Below are positions 23,571-33,971 of a DNA stretch of 64,000 bases, in pieces. This DNA is from Deltaproteobacteria bacterium (GTDB lineage Bacteria > Myxococcota_A > UBA9160 > SMWR01): positions 1 through 64,000 of the forward strand of contig JAQBHB010000051.1 of the NCBI GenBank assembly GCA_032128115.1, in the 5' to 3' direction. Within the stretch, counting starts at the first letter, position 1. Each line of letters starts with the position of its first letter. A model generated the notes under the pieces. That model was not told the origin of the DNA. It saw nothing but the letters and a program-made list of their open reading frames with translations, and did no database searches. The position numbers and the translations under genes are program-made.

Positions 23571-25016
23571 GTGGTATCGAAGCGAAGCCGCGCGGGGTTG
23601 GTGCGATCCAAACACCGATCGCAGAAACATTTCCGGGTGCTCGTCGTGGACGACTCGGAGATGATCCGCACCTATCTGGCAAATCTGTTGGAGCTCAAGG
23701 GCTATGGCGTGGACACCGCCGAAGACGGGCGGCGCGCGCTGGCGTTGCTGGAAGGCGGCGCCTCTCCGGACGTGGTGATCCTCGATGTGATGATGCCCGG
23801 GCTCGACGGGCTCGAGACCCTGCGGCGGGTTCGCGAGTTCGACGAGGAGACGCCGGTGGTGATGCTGTCGGTGGTGGGCAAGGCAAGCACGATCGTCGAG
23901 GCCATGACCCTGGGCGCCGCCGACTTCCTGAACAAGCCGCTGGAAGAGGACGAACTCGAGCGCACGCTGGAGCGGGTGCTGGAGAAGAAGATTCAGGAAC
24001 GAGAGTTGGAACACGAATCGATCACTCCCTATCGCGAGGGAGTGGTCTGGGCGAGTCCGCCCATGCAGCGGATTCACGAGTTGCTCGTGCAGGTGTCGGA
24101 CACGGATGTCACCGTCCTGATCGGCGGCGAGAGTGGCGTGGGCAAGGAGATCGTGGCGCGGACCGCCCACGAGATCTCGAGCCGCTCGAATCGCGCCTTC
24201 GTGAAGGTCAACTGTGCGGCCCTTCCGGAAGACCTGCTGGAGAGTGAGCTGTTCGGCTACGAAAAGGGCGCCTTCACCGGCGCGGCCCACCGCAAGCAGG
24301 GAAAGTTCGAACTCGCGAACCGCGGCACGATCTTCCTGGATGAAATCGGCGAGATGAGCGCCTCGCTCCAGGGCAAGCTGCTCCAGGTGCTTCAGGACGG
24401 CGAGTTCACGCGGCTGGGTGGAAACGCCGACATCCGGGTGGATGTGCGCGTCATCTGTGCCACGAATCGAAAACTCGAAGACATGGTGCGCGAAGGGACG
24501 TTCCGCGAGGACCTGTTCTTCCGGCTCAACGTGGTCAACATCCCGATTCCGCCGCTGCGTGAGCGCAAGGAGGAGATTCCACGCCTGGTGGAGACCTTCC
24601 TGCGGCGGTACCCGGCACACTATCGCAAGCCGATTCCACGCCTGAGCGACCGACTTCTGCACAGTTTCGAGCGCTACGCCTTCCCGGGCAACGTTCGGGA
24701 GCTGGAGAACATGATCAAGCGCATCGTGGTGCTGGGGAGCGAGGAGCCCATCCTCGCGGATATCCGGCGCGAGGAGCGGGTTACGGAGCGCTCATGCAGC
24801 GCCCTGCGCGACCTGATCGATGACGTGGAGGCCCGGGCCGGCGAGCTGCCCCTGCGCGAGGTGGGACGGCTGGTGGCGCAGGAGGCGGAGCGCGAGACGA
24901 TCGGCCGGGCCCTGGAGCAGACCAACTGGAACCGCAAGCAGGCGGCCCGGATGTTGGGTGTGAGCTACAAGACCCTGTTGCAGAAGATCCGGGGCTGCGG
25001 GCTGGAACCGCACTAG
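23571..25016 (+). CDS. sigma54-dependent response regulator (NtrC family; REC-AAA+-Fis HTH)
   Basis: VLVVDD, LDVMMPG, GESGVGKE, ESELFGYEKGAFTGA, FLDEIGEM, FREDLFFRL, PGNVRELEN, NRKQAARMLGVS. Start uncertain. Confidence 0.95.
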   Translation: MVSKRSRAGLVRSKHRSQKHFRVLVVDDSEMIRTYLANLLELKGYGVDTAEDGRRALALLEGGASPDVVILDVMMPGLDGLETLRRVREFDEETPVVMLSVVGKASTIVEAMTLGAADFLNKPLEEDELERTLERVLEKKIQERELEHESITPYREGVVWASPPMQRIHELLVQVSDTDVTVLIGGESGVGKEIVARTAHEISSRSNRAFVKVNCAALPEDLLESELFGYEKGAFTGAAHRKQGKFELANRGTIFLDEIGEMSASLQGKLLQVLQDGEFTRLGGNADIRVDVRVICATNRKLEDMVREGTFREDLFFRLNVVNIPIPPLRERKEEIPRLVETFLRRYPAHYRKPIPRLSDRLLHSFERYAFPGNVRELENMIKRIVVLGSEEPILADIRREERVTERSCSALRDLIDDVEARAGELPLREVGRLVAQEAERETIGRALEQTNWNRKQAARMLGVSYKTLLQKIRGCGLEPH

Positions 25017-25020
25017 GCGC

Positions 25021-25026
25021 TATACT
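25021..25026 (+). promoter_or_regulatory. Putative -10 element TATACT upstream of the DUF4956-VTC-glycan operon
   Basis: AT-rich hexamer in a short GC-rich intergenic gap; no clear -35. Confidence 0.4.
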
Positions 25027-25069
25027 GCGCCGCCTTCTCAACCCCGTCCCCCGAGAAGAGACGAGCGCG

Positions 25070-25753
25070 ATGGAGCAACTCAGCCTACAGCTGCCGGAAG
25101 CGGCGCCCCTGCCGCTGCTGCCCTTGATGATCAGTCTGGGCCTGGGGCTCATTCTGGCGGTGAGCCTGCGTTGGCACTTCCAGCGCTTCGGCTCCACCCT
25201 GTCGAACCGCGGCGAGTTCGCCCAGGTCTTCCCGTTCATCGTGCTCACCACGGTCCTGATCATCACGGTGGTGAAATCGTCCCTGGCACTCTCACTGGGT
25301 CTGGTGGGCGCGCTTTCCATCGTGCGCTTCCGAACGCCCATCAAGGAGCCGGAAGAGCTGGCCTACCTGTTCATGGCCATCGCCATGGGACTCGGACTCG
25401 GTGCCGATCAGTGGTACGCCACCGTCCTGGCCAGCGTGGTGATCCTGGCGGCCATCGCGGCGCTGCGCTGGGCCCAGCGCGACCGGGAAGACAAGTCCCT
25501 GTTCCTCTCGATCGACTGGTCGGGCTACGACGGCAGCGACCAGAGGCTCGACGCCCTCAACGAGGTGGTGTCGCGACACGTCTCCATCGGCGACATCCGC
25601 CGCATCGACGCGCGCGACGGCGGCCTCGAGGCCACCTACTTCGTGGACGTGAGCGAGAGCGGCAAGATCTCGGCCCTGTTGGACGATCTCAAGCGGACCT
25701 TCCCGGGCATCGGGGTCTCCTTCATCGACCAGAACCGCCTCCCGAGCGTGTGA
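25070..25753 (+). CDS. DUF4956 family integral membrane protein
   Basis: About 4-5 hydrophobic helices; hallmark SLALSLGLVGALSIVRFRTPIKEPEELAYLF.AIA.GL..G; soluble C-terminal domain. Confidence 0.9.
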   Translation: MEQLSLQLPEAAPLPLLPLMISLGLGLILAVSLRWHFQRFGSTLSNRGEFAQVFPFIVLTTVLIITVVKSSLALSLGLVGALSIVRFRTPIKEPEELAYLFMAIAMGLGLGADQWYATVLASVVILAAIAALRWAQRDREDKSLFLSIDWSGYDGSDQRLDALNEVVSRHVSIGDIRRIDARDGGLEATYFVDVSESGKISALLDDLKRTFPGIGVSFIDQNRLPSV

Positions 25754-26439
25754 CGCGAAAGCTGCCCGAATCCGCGCGGTACGAGGTGAAGTTCATCGCT
25801 TCGCCGGACGAGTATCACCGCATGGAGCATTGGATTGCCATGCACCCGGCGGGCTTCCGCTCGCCGTTTCCGCCCCGGCAGGTGAACAACGTCTATTTCG
25901 ACGACCACAACCTCTACGCGTATGCCGAGAACCTGAGCGGCGCCAGCGCCCGTTCCAAGGTCCGCCTGCGTTGGTACGGCGATACCTTCCAGGCCGAGAA
26001 ATGCGTCCTCGAGGTGAAGCAGAAGCGGAACATGCTGGGGTGGAAGTACAACTTCCGCGTTGGCCCGATCGACTTCGAGAACCAGTCGTGGGTCTCGATC
26101 CGGCGCAGCCTCCGCTCCCAACTCGAGCCCGAGGGCCGGCCCTGGTTCGACGAGAACCCCCAGCCGGTGCTGATCAACCGCTATCGCCGCAACTACTACC
26201 TGTCCCACGATGGGAAGGTCCGGGTCACGCTGGATTCGCACCAGGAAGTGCTCGACCAGCGCGTGGCGCCGCGGCCCAACCTGAGGCGCGCCACCAATCT
26301 TCCGCAGACCATCGTGGTCGAGTTCAAGTTCGGACGCGGCGATTTCCCGACGGGATCGCGAGCCATCCAGGGCGTTCCGATCCGGGTGAGCCGCAACTCC
26401 AAGTATGTAATCGGCGTTCAGTCGCTCCTCGCGAGCTGA
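25750..26439 (+). CDS. VTC-domain (polyphosphate polymerase-like, triphosphate tunnel metalloenzyme fold) protein
   Basis: RYEVKF, VNNVYFD, RSKVRLRWYG, LEVKQK, YRRNYY, RVTLD, VVEFK, SKY; GTGA overlap with the DUF4956 stop. Confidence 0.88.
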   Translation: MTRKLPESARYEVKFIASPDEYHRMEHWIAMHPAGFRSPFPPRQVNNVYFDDHNLYAYAENLSGASARSKVRLRWYGDTFQAEKCVLEVKQKRNMLGWKYNFRVGPIDFENQSWVSIRRSLRSQLEPEGRPWFDENPQPVLINRYRRNYYLSHDGKVRVTLDSHQEVLDQRVAPRPNLRRATNLPQTIVVEFKFGRGDFPTGSRAIQGVPIRVSRNSKYVIGVQSLLAS

Positions 26440-26449
26440 AGGGCGACGC

Positions 26450-28129
26450 GTGTCACTCGTCCGGTGGCTGCACACGGTTCGCCATCTGCGTCGCCGTCAG
26501 GTGGTGGGGCAGGTGGCTTTGCGTCTGCGCCGGGTCCTCGAGGATCCGGCCCGCTTCGCGGCGCGACCGACCCCGCCGCCTGCACCCGTGCACTGGCGAT
26601 CCCGCTCCGGGTACTTCCCCCCCGGACCCCAGGCGCGCGACCCGGCCGGGATCTTGCGCGGCGAGTTCCGTTTCCTGAACCGCAGCCACGCCCTGGGCTG
26701 GCCGCCGCGCTGGGACGCGCCGTCGCTTCCGGCGCTGCACCGCTACAACCTGCACTACTTCGAGTTCCTGTGGGCCCTTCCGTACGAAGACGCCCGTGGT
26801 GGCGTGCGCGACTGGATCCGGCAGCACCCGCTGGCGCGGGAGCGGATCGGCTGGGCCCCGTATCCCACCTCCCAGCGCCTGGTGAACTGGTGCGCCTACT
26901 TCTTCGGCCGCCACGGCGAGATCACCGCAGCCGACACTGCCTTCGCGGAGGAGCTCTGGGCATCGATCTACCTGCAGGCCGAGTGGTTGCGGGCGCATCT
27001 GGAGACCCACCTGCTGGGGAACCACCTGCTGGAGAACGCAGTGGCCCTGGCCCTGTGCGGCAGCTGCTTCCGCGGCCCCAAGGCCGACCGCTGGCTCCGC
27101 ACCGGCGAGCGGGTGCTTGCCGAGCAGCTGTCCGAGCAGATCCGCCCGGACGGCGGGCACTTCGAACACTCGCCCATGTATCACCTGCGCGTGGCGTTCG
27201 CGCTCACGACGCTGCTGGATGTGGGTCGCGACACGGTCGTGCGATTGGTGGAGGAGCCCCTGGCCCGCATGATGGCGGCGCTGCCGCGCCTGTGTCATCC
27301 GGATCGCGAGATCGCGCTCATCAACGACAGCGGGTTCGGCGTCTACGGCCCGCCGGATGTGCTCCGTCAGTGGTGGGAACGGGTCGCCGGCCGCCAGGCG
27401 CCGGACGCCGGTCTCGGCGCCTTCGCCCTGCGCGACACGGGCTTCTACGGCTCATGCCAGGCCAACGGTCACTATCTGATCTGCGACGCGGGCCCCCTGG
27501 GCCCCGACTACCTGTTGGGCCACGCCCACGCGGGTATCTTCTCGTTCGAGCTGTCTCTGCACGGGCAGCGGGTGATCGTCGATTCCGGGGTTCATGGCTA
27601 CGAGCCGGACGAACTGCGCGGCTACTGCCGTTCGACCCGGGCCCACAACACGGTCGAGATCGACGGCGAGGACCAGTGCGAGCTGTGGGCGGCGTTCCGC
27701 GTGGGCCGACGGGGCAGGCCGCGCGACGTGGTATTCGAGGCCGAGGCCCTCGGCTTCCGTCTGCGGGCCTGGCACGATGGCTACGAGCGCCTTCCGGGTC
27801 GGCCCCGGCACCGGCGCCATTTCCGATGGGAGAATCGGGGCGTCTTGACCGTGGAAGATGTGATCACCAGCTCGCGCCCGGTCCGCATCGCGTCGCGCCT
27901 GCACCTGCACCCGGACTGTGAGATCCGCAGCCTGGACGCGACCCGGGCATGTGTGGAGCATCCTCGGGGCCGCTTCACGGTGGTCTTCAACGGGGACGGC
28001 CGCCTGGAGGAAGAGGAATCGTCCTACTGCCCCGAGTTCGGCCTGCGCCTGGACAACAGGGCCCTGCGGTTCTCCGCATCGGGTGCGCGGGTCGACCTGG
28101 GATTCCGCCTCGAAGACGAGGCGCGCTAG
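26450..28129 (+). CDS. Heparinase II/III family protein
   Basis: YNLHYF, PYPTSQR..NW, LE.HLLGNHLLEN, EQI..DGGHFE.SPMYH, GHAHA...SFELS, IVDSG, RST.AHNTV, HDGY. Confidence 0.9.
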   Translation: MSLVRWLHTVRHLRRRQVVGQVALRLRRVLEDPARFAARPTPPPAPVHWRSRSGYFPPGPQARDPAGILRGEFRFLNRSHALGWPPRWDAPSLPALHRYNLHYFEFLWALPYEDARGGVRDWIRQHPLARERIGWAPYPTSQRLVNWCAYFFGRHGEITAADTAFAEELWASIYLQAEWLRAHLETHLLGNHLLENAVALALCGSCFRGPKADRWLRTGERVLAEQLSEQIRPDGGHFEHSPMYHLRVAFALTTLLDVGRDTVVRLVEEPLARMMAALPRLCHPDREIALINDSGFGVYGPPDVLRQWWERVAGRQAPDAGLGAFALRDTGFYGSCQANGHYLICDAGPLGPDYLLGHAHAGIFSFELSLHGQRVIVDSGVHGYEPDELRGYCRSTRAHNTVEIDGEDQCELWAAFRVGRRGRPRDVVFEAEALGFRLRAWHDGYERLPGRPRHRRHFRWENRGVLTVEDVITSSRPVRIASRLHLHPDCEIRSLDATRACVEHPRGRFTVVFNGDGRLEEEESSYCPEFGLRLDNRALRFSASGARVDLGFRLEDEAR

Positions 28130-28140
28130 CGATCCGATCC

Positions 28141-29388
28141 ATGCGCATCCTCTACTTCTCCCACTACTTCCATCCGGAGGGCAACGCGCCGGCGGCGCGG
28201 GTCTACGAACTGTGCCGGCGCTGGGTGGCGCAGGGGCATCAGGTCACGGTGATCACGTGCGCCCCGAACGTGCCCGTTGGCGTGGTCTACGACGGCTACC
28301 GCAACGGCTGGCTCCAGCGCGAAACCGTGCAGGGAGTCGAAACCATTCGGGTCTGGACCTACCTGGCGGCCAACAAGGGAACGGTTCGGCGCATCGCGAA
28401 CTACGTCTCGTACATGCTGACGGCGATCCTGGCCGGGCTGCGCGTGGCCCGCCCCGACGTGGTGATCGCCACCTCGCCCCAGTTCTTCTGCGGCTGGGCC
28501 GGCGTCTGGGTGTGCCGGCTGCGCCGCCTGCCCCTCATTCTCGAGATCCGGGACCTCTGGCCCGAGTCCATCGTCACCGTGGGTGCCATGCGGAAGAGCG
28601 TCGCCGTGCGCCTGCTGGAGCGCTGGGAGCGCTCCATGTATCGGGCGGCCCGGCGGGTGGTGACCGTGGGAGAGGGCTACCGGGAGCAGCTGGTGGCCCG
28701 CGGGGTGCCCTCCGAACGCATCGATGTGATTCCCAACGGCGTGGATCGCGCCATGTTCGATCGCACCACGGGCGGGGGCGGCGTGCGCGCCGAGTTCGGT
28801 CTGGGCGACGCCTTCGTGTGCGCCTACGTGGGCACCATCGGGATGGGCTCGGGGCTCGAGGTGGTGCTGCGCGCCGCGCGTCTGCTGCGCGACGCGCCCG
28901 GACCCGACGTGGTGTTCCTGCTGGTGGGCGACGGCGCCGTGCGCGAAGACCTGGAGCGCCGCGCCCGATCCGAGGGGCTGTCGAGGGTGGTCTTCACCGG
29001 GCGCCTGGACAAGAATCGCATTCCCGCCGTGCTGGCGGCCAGCGATGCCTGCCTGGTGCACTTGAGTCGCAAGGAACTCTTCCGAACGGTGCTTCCCTCG
29101 AAGATCTTCGAAGCCTCCGCCATGGCCCGGCCCATCGTGCTTGGCGTGGAGGGCTTTGCCGCGGACCTGGTGGCGGGCGCCGGGGCGGGCGTGTGCATCG
29201 AGCCGGAGAACGAGCGCGAACTGGTGGAGGCGGTGACTCGTCTCGCCGGCGATCCGGAGCGGGCCGCCGAGATGGGCCGGCGTGGTCTCGAGCAGATCGC
29301 CACCCGATACGACTACGATGAGCTGGCCGGGCGCTACCTGGGGGTGGTGTCGCGGTTGGTCCAGTGGGTTCAGCAGGGAGCCTCCTAG
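28141..29388 (+). CDS. GT4 glycosyltransferase (WbuB-like)
   Basis: YFHPEGNAPA.R, ATSPQFF, EIRDLWPESI, IPNGVD, YVGTIG...GL, PSKIFE. Confidence 0.92.
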   Translation: MRILYFSHYFHPEGNAPAARVYELCRRWVAQGHQVTVITCAPNVPVGVVYDGYRNGWLQRETVQGVETIRVWTYLAANKGTVRRIANYVSYMLTAILAGLRVARPDVVIATSPQFFCGWAGVWVCRLRRLPLILEIRDLWPESIVTVGAMRKSVAVRLLERWERSMYRAARRVVTVGEGYREQLVARGVPSERIDVIPNGVDRAMFDRTTGGGGVRAEFGLGDAFVCAYVGTIGMGSGLEVVLRAARLLRDAPGPDVVFLLVGDGAVREDLERRARSEGLSRVVFTGRLDKNRIPAVLAASDACLVHLSRKELFRTVLPSKIFEASAMARPIVLGVEGFAADLVAGAGAGVCIEPENERELVEAVTRLAGDPERAAEMGRRGLEQIATRYDYDELAGRYLGVVSRLVQWVQQGAS

Positions 29389-29389
29389 C

Positions 29390-30481
29390 GTGCGGATCCT
29401 GAACGTGGTCGGGGCGAGGCCCAACCTGATGAAGATCGCCCCCCTGATGGACGCCTACGCGGCGTCCGAACGGATCGAGCCGATCCTCGTGCATACGGGC
29501 CAGCACTACGACCACAACATGAGCGAACTCTTCTTTCGGCAGCTGGGCATCCCTGAGCCGGAGATCAATCTGGGCGTGGGCAGCGGATCCCACGCGGTCC
29601 AGACCGCCGAGATCATCCGCGCGTTCGAGCCGGTGGTGTTGGATCAAAAGCCGTCGGCGGTGCTGGTGGTGGGCGACGTGAACAGCACCATCGCCTGCGG
29701 GCTCGTGGCGACGAAACTGGGGATTCCGCTCGTGCACGTGGAGGCGGGCCTGCGGAGCTTCGATCGCAGCATGCCCGAGGAGATCAACCGGGTGCTCACC
29801 GATTCCATCAGCGATCTGCTCTTCTGTACCGAGGCCAGTGGGGTCTCGAACCTGGCGCGAGAGGGAGTGGATCCGGCGAAGGTCCACCTGGTGGGCAACG
29901 TCATGATCGACACCATGATGAAGCACCGGAAGCGGGCCGAGGCGTCGCCGATCCTTCGGGAACTCGGGCTCGAAGCCGACGGCTACGCGGTGTTGACCCT
30001 CCACCGCCCCTCCAACGTGGACGATCCCGACACGTTGACGGGCATCGTGGATGCCCTGGAAGTGATCCAGCGCGACCTGCCGGTGATCTTTCCCATGCAC
30101 CCACGCACGGGTGAGCGCCTGCGAGAGTTCGGGCTGGCAGCCCGGGTGGAGGCGCTCTCGGGCCTGCGCCTGGTCGGGCCGGCGGGCTATCTGGACTTCC
30201 TCGAGCTGATGGCCCGTGCGCGACTGGTGTTGACCGACTCCGGCGGCATCCAGGAGGAGACCACCATCCTGAAGGTGCCGTGCCTCACCCTGCGCGAGAA
30301 CACCGAGCGTCCGGTTACGTTGGAGGTGGGTGGCAACCAGCTGGTGGGAAGCGATCCCGATCGCATCGTATCGGCCTACCGGGCCCTGGCCCGTGGCGAG
30401 CGACCCCAGGTGGGAACGCCGCCGCTCTGGGACGGCCGGGCGGCGGGCCGCATCGTCGAGATCCTGGAGCGGTCGCTATGA
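29390..30481 (+). CDS. wecB: UDP-N-acetylglucosamine 2-epimerase (non-hydrolysing)
   Basis: VGARPN.MKIAP, HTGQHYD, GDVNST, HVEAGLRS, MPEEINR, TLHRPSNVD, TDSGGIQEE, TERP, WDG.A. Confidence 0.95.
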   Translation: MRILNVVGARPNLMKIAPLMDAYAASERIEPILVHTGQHYDHNMSELFFRQLGIPEPEINLGVGSGSHAVQTAEIIRAFEPVVLDQKPSAVLVVGDVNSTIACGLVATKLGIPLVHVEAGLRSFDRSMPEEINRVLTDSISDLLFCTEASGVSNLAREGVDPAKVHLVGNVMIDTMMKHRKRAEASPILRELGLEADGYAVLTLHRPSNVDDPDTLTGIVDALEVIQRDLPVIFPMHPRTGERLREFGLAARVEALSGLRLVGPAGYLDFLELMARARLVLTDSGGIQEETTILKVPCLTLRENTERPVTLEVGGNQLVGSDPDRIVSAYRALARGERPQVGTPPLWDGRAAGRIVEILERSL

Positions 30482-31470
30482 GCGCGCGTCACGCGGTGGG
30501 CATCGTGGGCGCCGGAATGATCGCCGAGACCCTTCACCTGCCGGTACTCACCAGCATGCAGGACGTGCGGGTCGCCTGGATCGCCGATCGCGATCCGGAG
30601 CGCGCCAGGTCCCTGGCCGCGGCGTACGGGGTTGCGCCGGCGCCGCTGCCCGCGGATCCGGCGCAGCTACCGGCGTGCGACGCCGTGCTGCTGGCCATCC
30701 CGCTGCAAGTGCGCCGTCCCTACTACGAGGCCTTCTCCGCCCGGGGCACCGCCGTGATGGCGGAGAAGCCATTCGCCGTCGACAGCGATGAGCACCGGGC
30801 GATTCTCGATCTGTTTCCGGCCCACCGGATCGCCTGTGGCTACCAGCGCCGAACCTTCGCGAACACCCTGCTGATCCGGAAGCTGCTCGCAAAGGGCTGG
30901 CTGGGGCCGCTGCGGGAGATCGTGCTGCGCGAGGGGGACCGGGTGAAGCGGAGTGGCGCCGACTCGCGTCACTTCGACGACGTGGCCCTGGCGGGGGGCG
31001 GCGTGCTGATCAGCCTGGGCTGTCACAGCCTGGACTGGGTGGTGTTCGTCACCGGTGCCACCGGCTACGAGATCCTGGCCGAGGACGTGGTGTTCGACGG
31101 CGAGCTCGACCGCAAGGTGACAGCCCGGATTCGCCTGGAGACCGGCGAGGCGAGCGTGGAACTGGACTACTGCGTCAGCTGGCTCGACGCCCAGCCGAAC
31201 TGCACGGAACTTCGCTTCGAGCATGCGGAGGTCACGCTGGGCAACGCTCCGGCGTCTCCGGTGCTCCTGCACTCGCCTGGGGAGGTCGCGGGCGCGGGTC
31301 TGACCGCCCCCGCTGGGGGCGCGACCACCCAGAACCAGGCCTGTTTTCTGGAGTGGTCGCACTTTCTGGCAGGGCTCGTCAGCGGAACGCCCTCGTTGGT
31401 GTCCGCGTCGGAGACGCTGCTGACCACGGCGCTCATGGAAGACATCTATCGGGGCGCGCGGGGCGCATGA
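30478..31470 (+). CDS. Gfo/Idh/MocA family oxidoreductase
   Basis: VGIVGAGMIA Rossmann motif, AEKP motif, GGGVL...GCH.LD. Confidence 0.85.
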   Translation: MSARHAVGIVGAGMIAETLHLPVLTSMQDVRVAWIADRDPERARSLAAAYGVAPAPLPADPAQLPACDAVLLAIPLQVRRPYYEAFSARGTAVMAEKPFAVDSDEHRAILDLFPAHRIACGYQRRTFANTLLIRKLLAKGWLGPLREIVLREGDRVKRSGADSRHFDDVALAGGGVLISLGCHSLDWVVFVTGATGYEILAEDVVFDGELDRKVTARIRLETGEASVELDYCVSWLDAQPNCTELRFEHAEVTLGNAPASPVLLHSPGEVAGAGLTAPAGGATTQNQACFLEWSHFLAGLVSGTPSLVSASETLLTTALMEDIYRGARGA

Positions 31471-32537
31471 CGAAGGTGGTCGTGCTCGGCGCGAATGGTC
31501 AGGTGGGAGCCGAGGTGTGCCTGCTGCTCGAGAAGCACGCCGACGTCACGGTAATTCCCGTGTGCCGCAATCCGGGAAGCTCGTCGTTCCTGCGCTATCA
31601 CGGACTCGCCTGCCGCCACGGGATCCCCGCCGACCCGGAGCAGGCGCGCGAGCTGCTGGCAGACGCCGACGTGGTGCTGAACTTCGCATTCGTTCGCGGT
31701 CTTCCCAGTGCGACGCGCAGGGTGCACGAGGATCTCATCGCCAACTCGTTTCGCTGCTCCCCCGCCGACGCCCGCGTCATCTTCATCAGCACCCTGTCGG
31801 TCTACGGCTTTCCCACCGCCCTCGGGTTCCGACGCAACACCGCCTACGGTCGCGAGAAGCTCTTCTGCGAGGAAGTTGCGCGCCGCGAGGGGGCGCGCGC
31901 GGGAAAGCCCGTCACCATCTTCCGGCTGGGCCACGTGTGTGGCGATCTGCAGGCCATCACCGCCCGTATCCGGAGCGAGGTGGAATCGGGCCCGCTCGAG
32001 CTTCGGCAGAATGGGGACTACCCGTCGAACACCACCTACACCGCCACCCTCGTCGAGGCGGTGCAGCTTGTGATTGCGGAAAGGGTCGCACCCGGAACCC
32101 ATGATCTGGTGCGGACGCCCGAGCGCTCCTGGCGCGAGGTATACGCCTACGAGGCCGACCAGGTGGGAGCCGCGTTCCGCCAGGTGGAGCGCGCAGTGTC
32201 GGCCTCGCCCGGCCCGTTCGGGCGCGCCGTGGCCTGGCTGGGGGGGATACCGCGCCGCGCCGCCGGCGTTGCGCGGAGCTCGGTGCGGTTGCGGGACCTG
32301 ACCCGCACATTGGTGTCGCGGCTGCCCGGGACGCAGAACCGCAGGTTGAACGCGATCTACAACCGGTCGCGGGCGCGGGCCGAGATCGCTGCCCTCACGC
32401 GGAGTGGAGTTGCTTTCGTGCGGCTGGCGGATCCCTGGCCGATCCGGCGCGCGCTCGACGGCCTGAGCGATCCGGCCGAACTGCGCCGCGACCCACGCTA
32501 TCAGCTGCCTGAAGAGCCGGCGGGCTTCCGCGACTGA
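31467..32537 (+). CDS. NAD-dependent epimerase/dehydratase (extended SDR)
   Basis: VLGANGQVG, FISTLSVYG, YGREK (YxxxK), RLGHVCG. Confidence 0.8.
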   Translation: MTKVVVLGANGQVGAEVCLLLEKHADVTVIPVCRNPGSSSFLRYHGLACRHGIPADPEQARELLADADVVLNFAFVRGLPSATRRVHEDLIANSFRCSPADARVIFISTLSVYGFPTALGFRRNTAYGREKLFCEEVARREGARAGKPVTIFRLGHVCGDLQAITARIRSEVESGPLELRQNGDYPSNTTYTATLVEAVQLVIAERVAPGTHDLVRTPERSWREVYAYEADQVGAAFRQVERAVSASPGPFGRAVAWLGGIPRRAAGVARSSVRLRDLTRTLVSRLPGTQNRRLNAIYNRSRARAEIAALTRSGVAFVRLADPWPIRRALDGLSDPAELRRDPRYQLPEEPAGFRD

Positions 32538-32547
32538 ACCCGGCGGT

Positions 32548-33420
32548 TCAGGATTCCCGCCACCACGGGATCTGGGGGAAGCGCGGCTTCCACTCGGGCA
32601 GGCACCCGATGAAGTTGGCCTCCCAGTTGGTCTCGAGCTCCCAGTGCCAGTCGGAGTAGAACTCGATGCCACGGGGCGTGACCTTGCCCACCGCGTATCC
32701 CAGATCCTGCAGGTACTCCATGGCGTCCTTGAGGTAGGCCCGCGCGGTGATCCAGCGGTGGTTGTACTCGAATTGGATCACCGGAATCCGCCGCTCGCCG
32801 AGCATCCGGCGGGCGCCCCGCAGGACCCGCAGGTCGTGACCCTCCGCGTCCACCTTCACCAGCGACACGGCGTCGATCCCGTGTTCTTCGCAGTAGTGGT
32901 CGATGGAGGTCAGCTGGATGCGCTCCATGACGAAGTCCTCGGGCGTGGTCGAGTGGCGGTAGACCGAGTTGGCACCGCCGCGGCCCGAGACGAAGAGCTC
33001 GAGCTCGCCGGGCTCGTCGGACATGCCGAGCTTCACCGGCTGGACGCGGGCTGAATCCGGAAAGGTCGCGATCTTTTCCAGCAGGATTCCGTGGTTCCGC
33101 TGCGAGGGTTCGAAGCAGTGCACTTCGAACCCGGACAGGTCGGCGCCGGCGGTCCGCAGCAGGCTGTCGGTCCACCAGCCCCGGTAGGCCCCCACGTCGA
33201 AGATCACCACGGGTTTGTCCAGGCCGGCCTCGAGTACCGTGCGCTGGACCATGGCCTCCCCGTTGTCGCCGATGGACGTGGCCGCGTCGAGGCGTCCCTC
33301 AGTGAGCAGGAAGCGGGCGAACCGGACCATGTTGCGGCGGCCCAGCAGCGTCCAGAAGGTCCGGGACAGGGCTCGCTTGAACAACCGGTTCGTCACGGGC
33401 GGCTGCGGCGGCCCGTTCAC
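32548..33420 (-). CDS. FkbM family methyltransferase
   Basis: IFDVGAYRG, HCFEP, SID.Y, LVKVDAEGHDL.VLRGA, IQFEY. Confidence 0.9.
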   Translation of the reverse strand: MNGPPQPPVTNRLFKRALSRTFWTLLGRRNMVRFARFLLTEGRLDAATSIGDNGEAMVQRTVLEAGLDKPVVIFDVGAYRGWWTDSLLRTAGADLSGFEVHCFEPSQRNHGILLEKIATFPDSARVQPVKLGMSDEPGELELFVSGRGGANSVYRHSTTPEDFVMERIQLTSIDHYCEEHGIDAVSLVKVDAEGHDLRVLRGARRMLGERRIPVIQFEYNHRWITARAYLKDAMEYLQDLGYAVGKVTPRGIEFYSDWHWELETNWEANFIGCLPEWKPRFPQIPWWRES

Positions 33421-33971
33421 GACTTTTCCGCCAGCAGGCCCTGGATCACGTAAGCGGCCTCGACCAGATCATCGACCACGTGGTTGGCGGCGGCCCCGTG
33501 GCTCGCATCCGTCTCGGCCCCGTATCCCGTTCGCACCAGCAGCGTGGTTGCGCCCAGGGCGCGGCCCAGCGCAACGTCGCTGGCCATGTCGCCCACCACG
33601 AAGCATTCGGACGCGTCGAAGCGGAGCTTTTTCGCCGCCTGTTCGACCAGGCCCGTGCGGGGCTTGCGGCAGTCGCAGCCCTCGTCGGGAAGATGGGGAC
33701 AGTAGTAGATGGCGTCGAGCTCGACCCCAAAGGCTTCGAGTTGTTCGGTCATCCGCCGGTGGATCTCGTCCAGTCGCGGCGGATCGATCATGCCGCGAGC
33801 CACCGCGGACTGGTTGGTCACGACCACGAGGCCCAGGCCCAGGTCGGCGAGCTTGCGCAGCCCCGGTCCGGCCTCCGCAAGCAGCTCCACCGCATCCGGG
33901 TCGGACAGATGATGCTTCTCCACGATGATCGTGCCATCGCGGTCCAGCAGAACGAAGCGACGTTGGCTCAT
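33417..33971 (-). CDS. gmhB: D-glycero-D-manno-heptose 1,7-bisphosphate phosphatase (HAD IIIA)
   Basis: LDRDGTI, VTNQS, YYCPH.P...CDCRKP, VGD..SD. Confidence 0.88.
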   Translation of the reverse strand: MSQRRFVLLDRDGTIIVEKHHLSDPDAVELLAEAGPGLRKLADLGLGLVVVTNQSAVARGMIDPPRLDEIHRRMTEQLEAFGVELDAIYYCPHLPDEGCDCRKPRTGLVEQAAKKLRFDASECFVVGDMASDVALGRALGATTLLVRTGYGAETDASHGAAANHVVDDLVEAAYVIQGLLAEKS

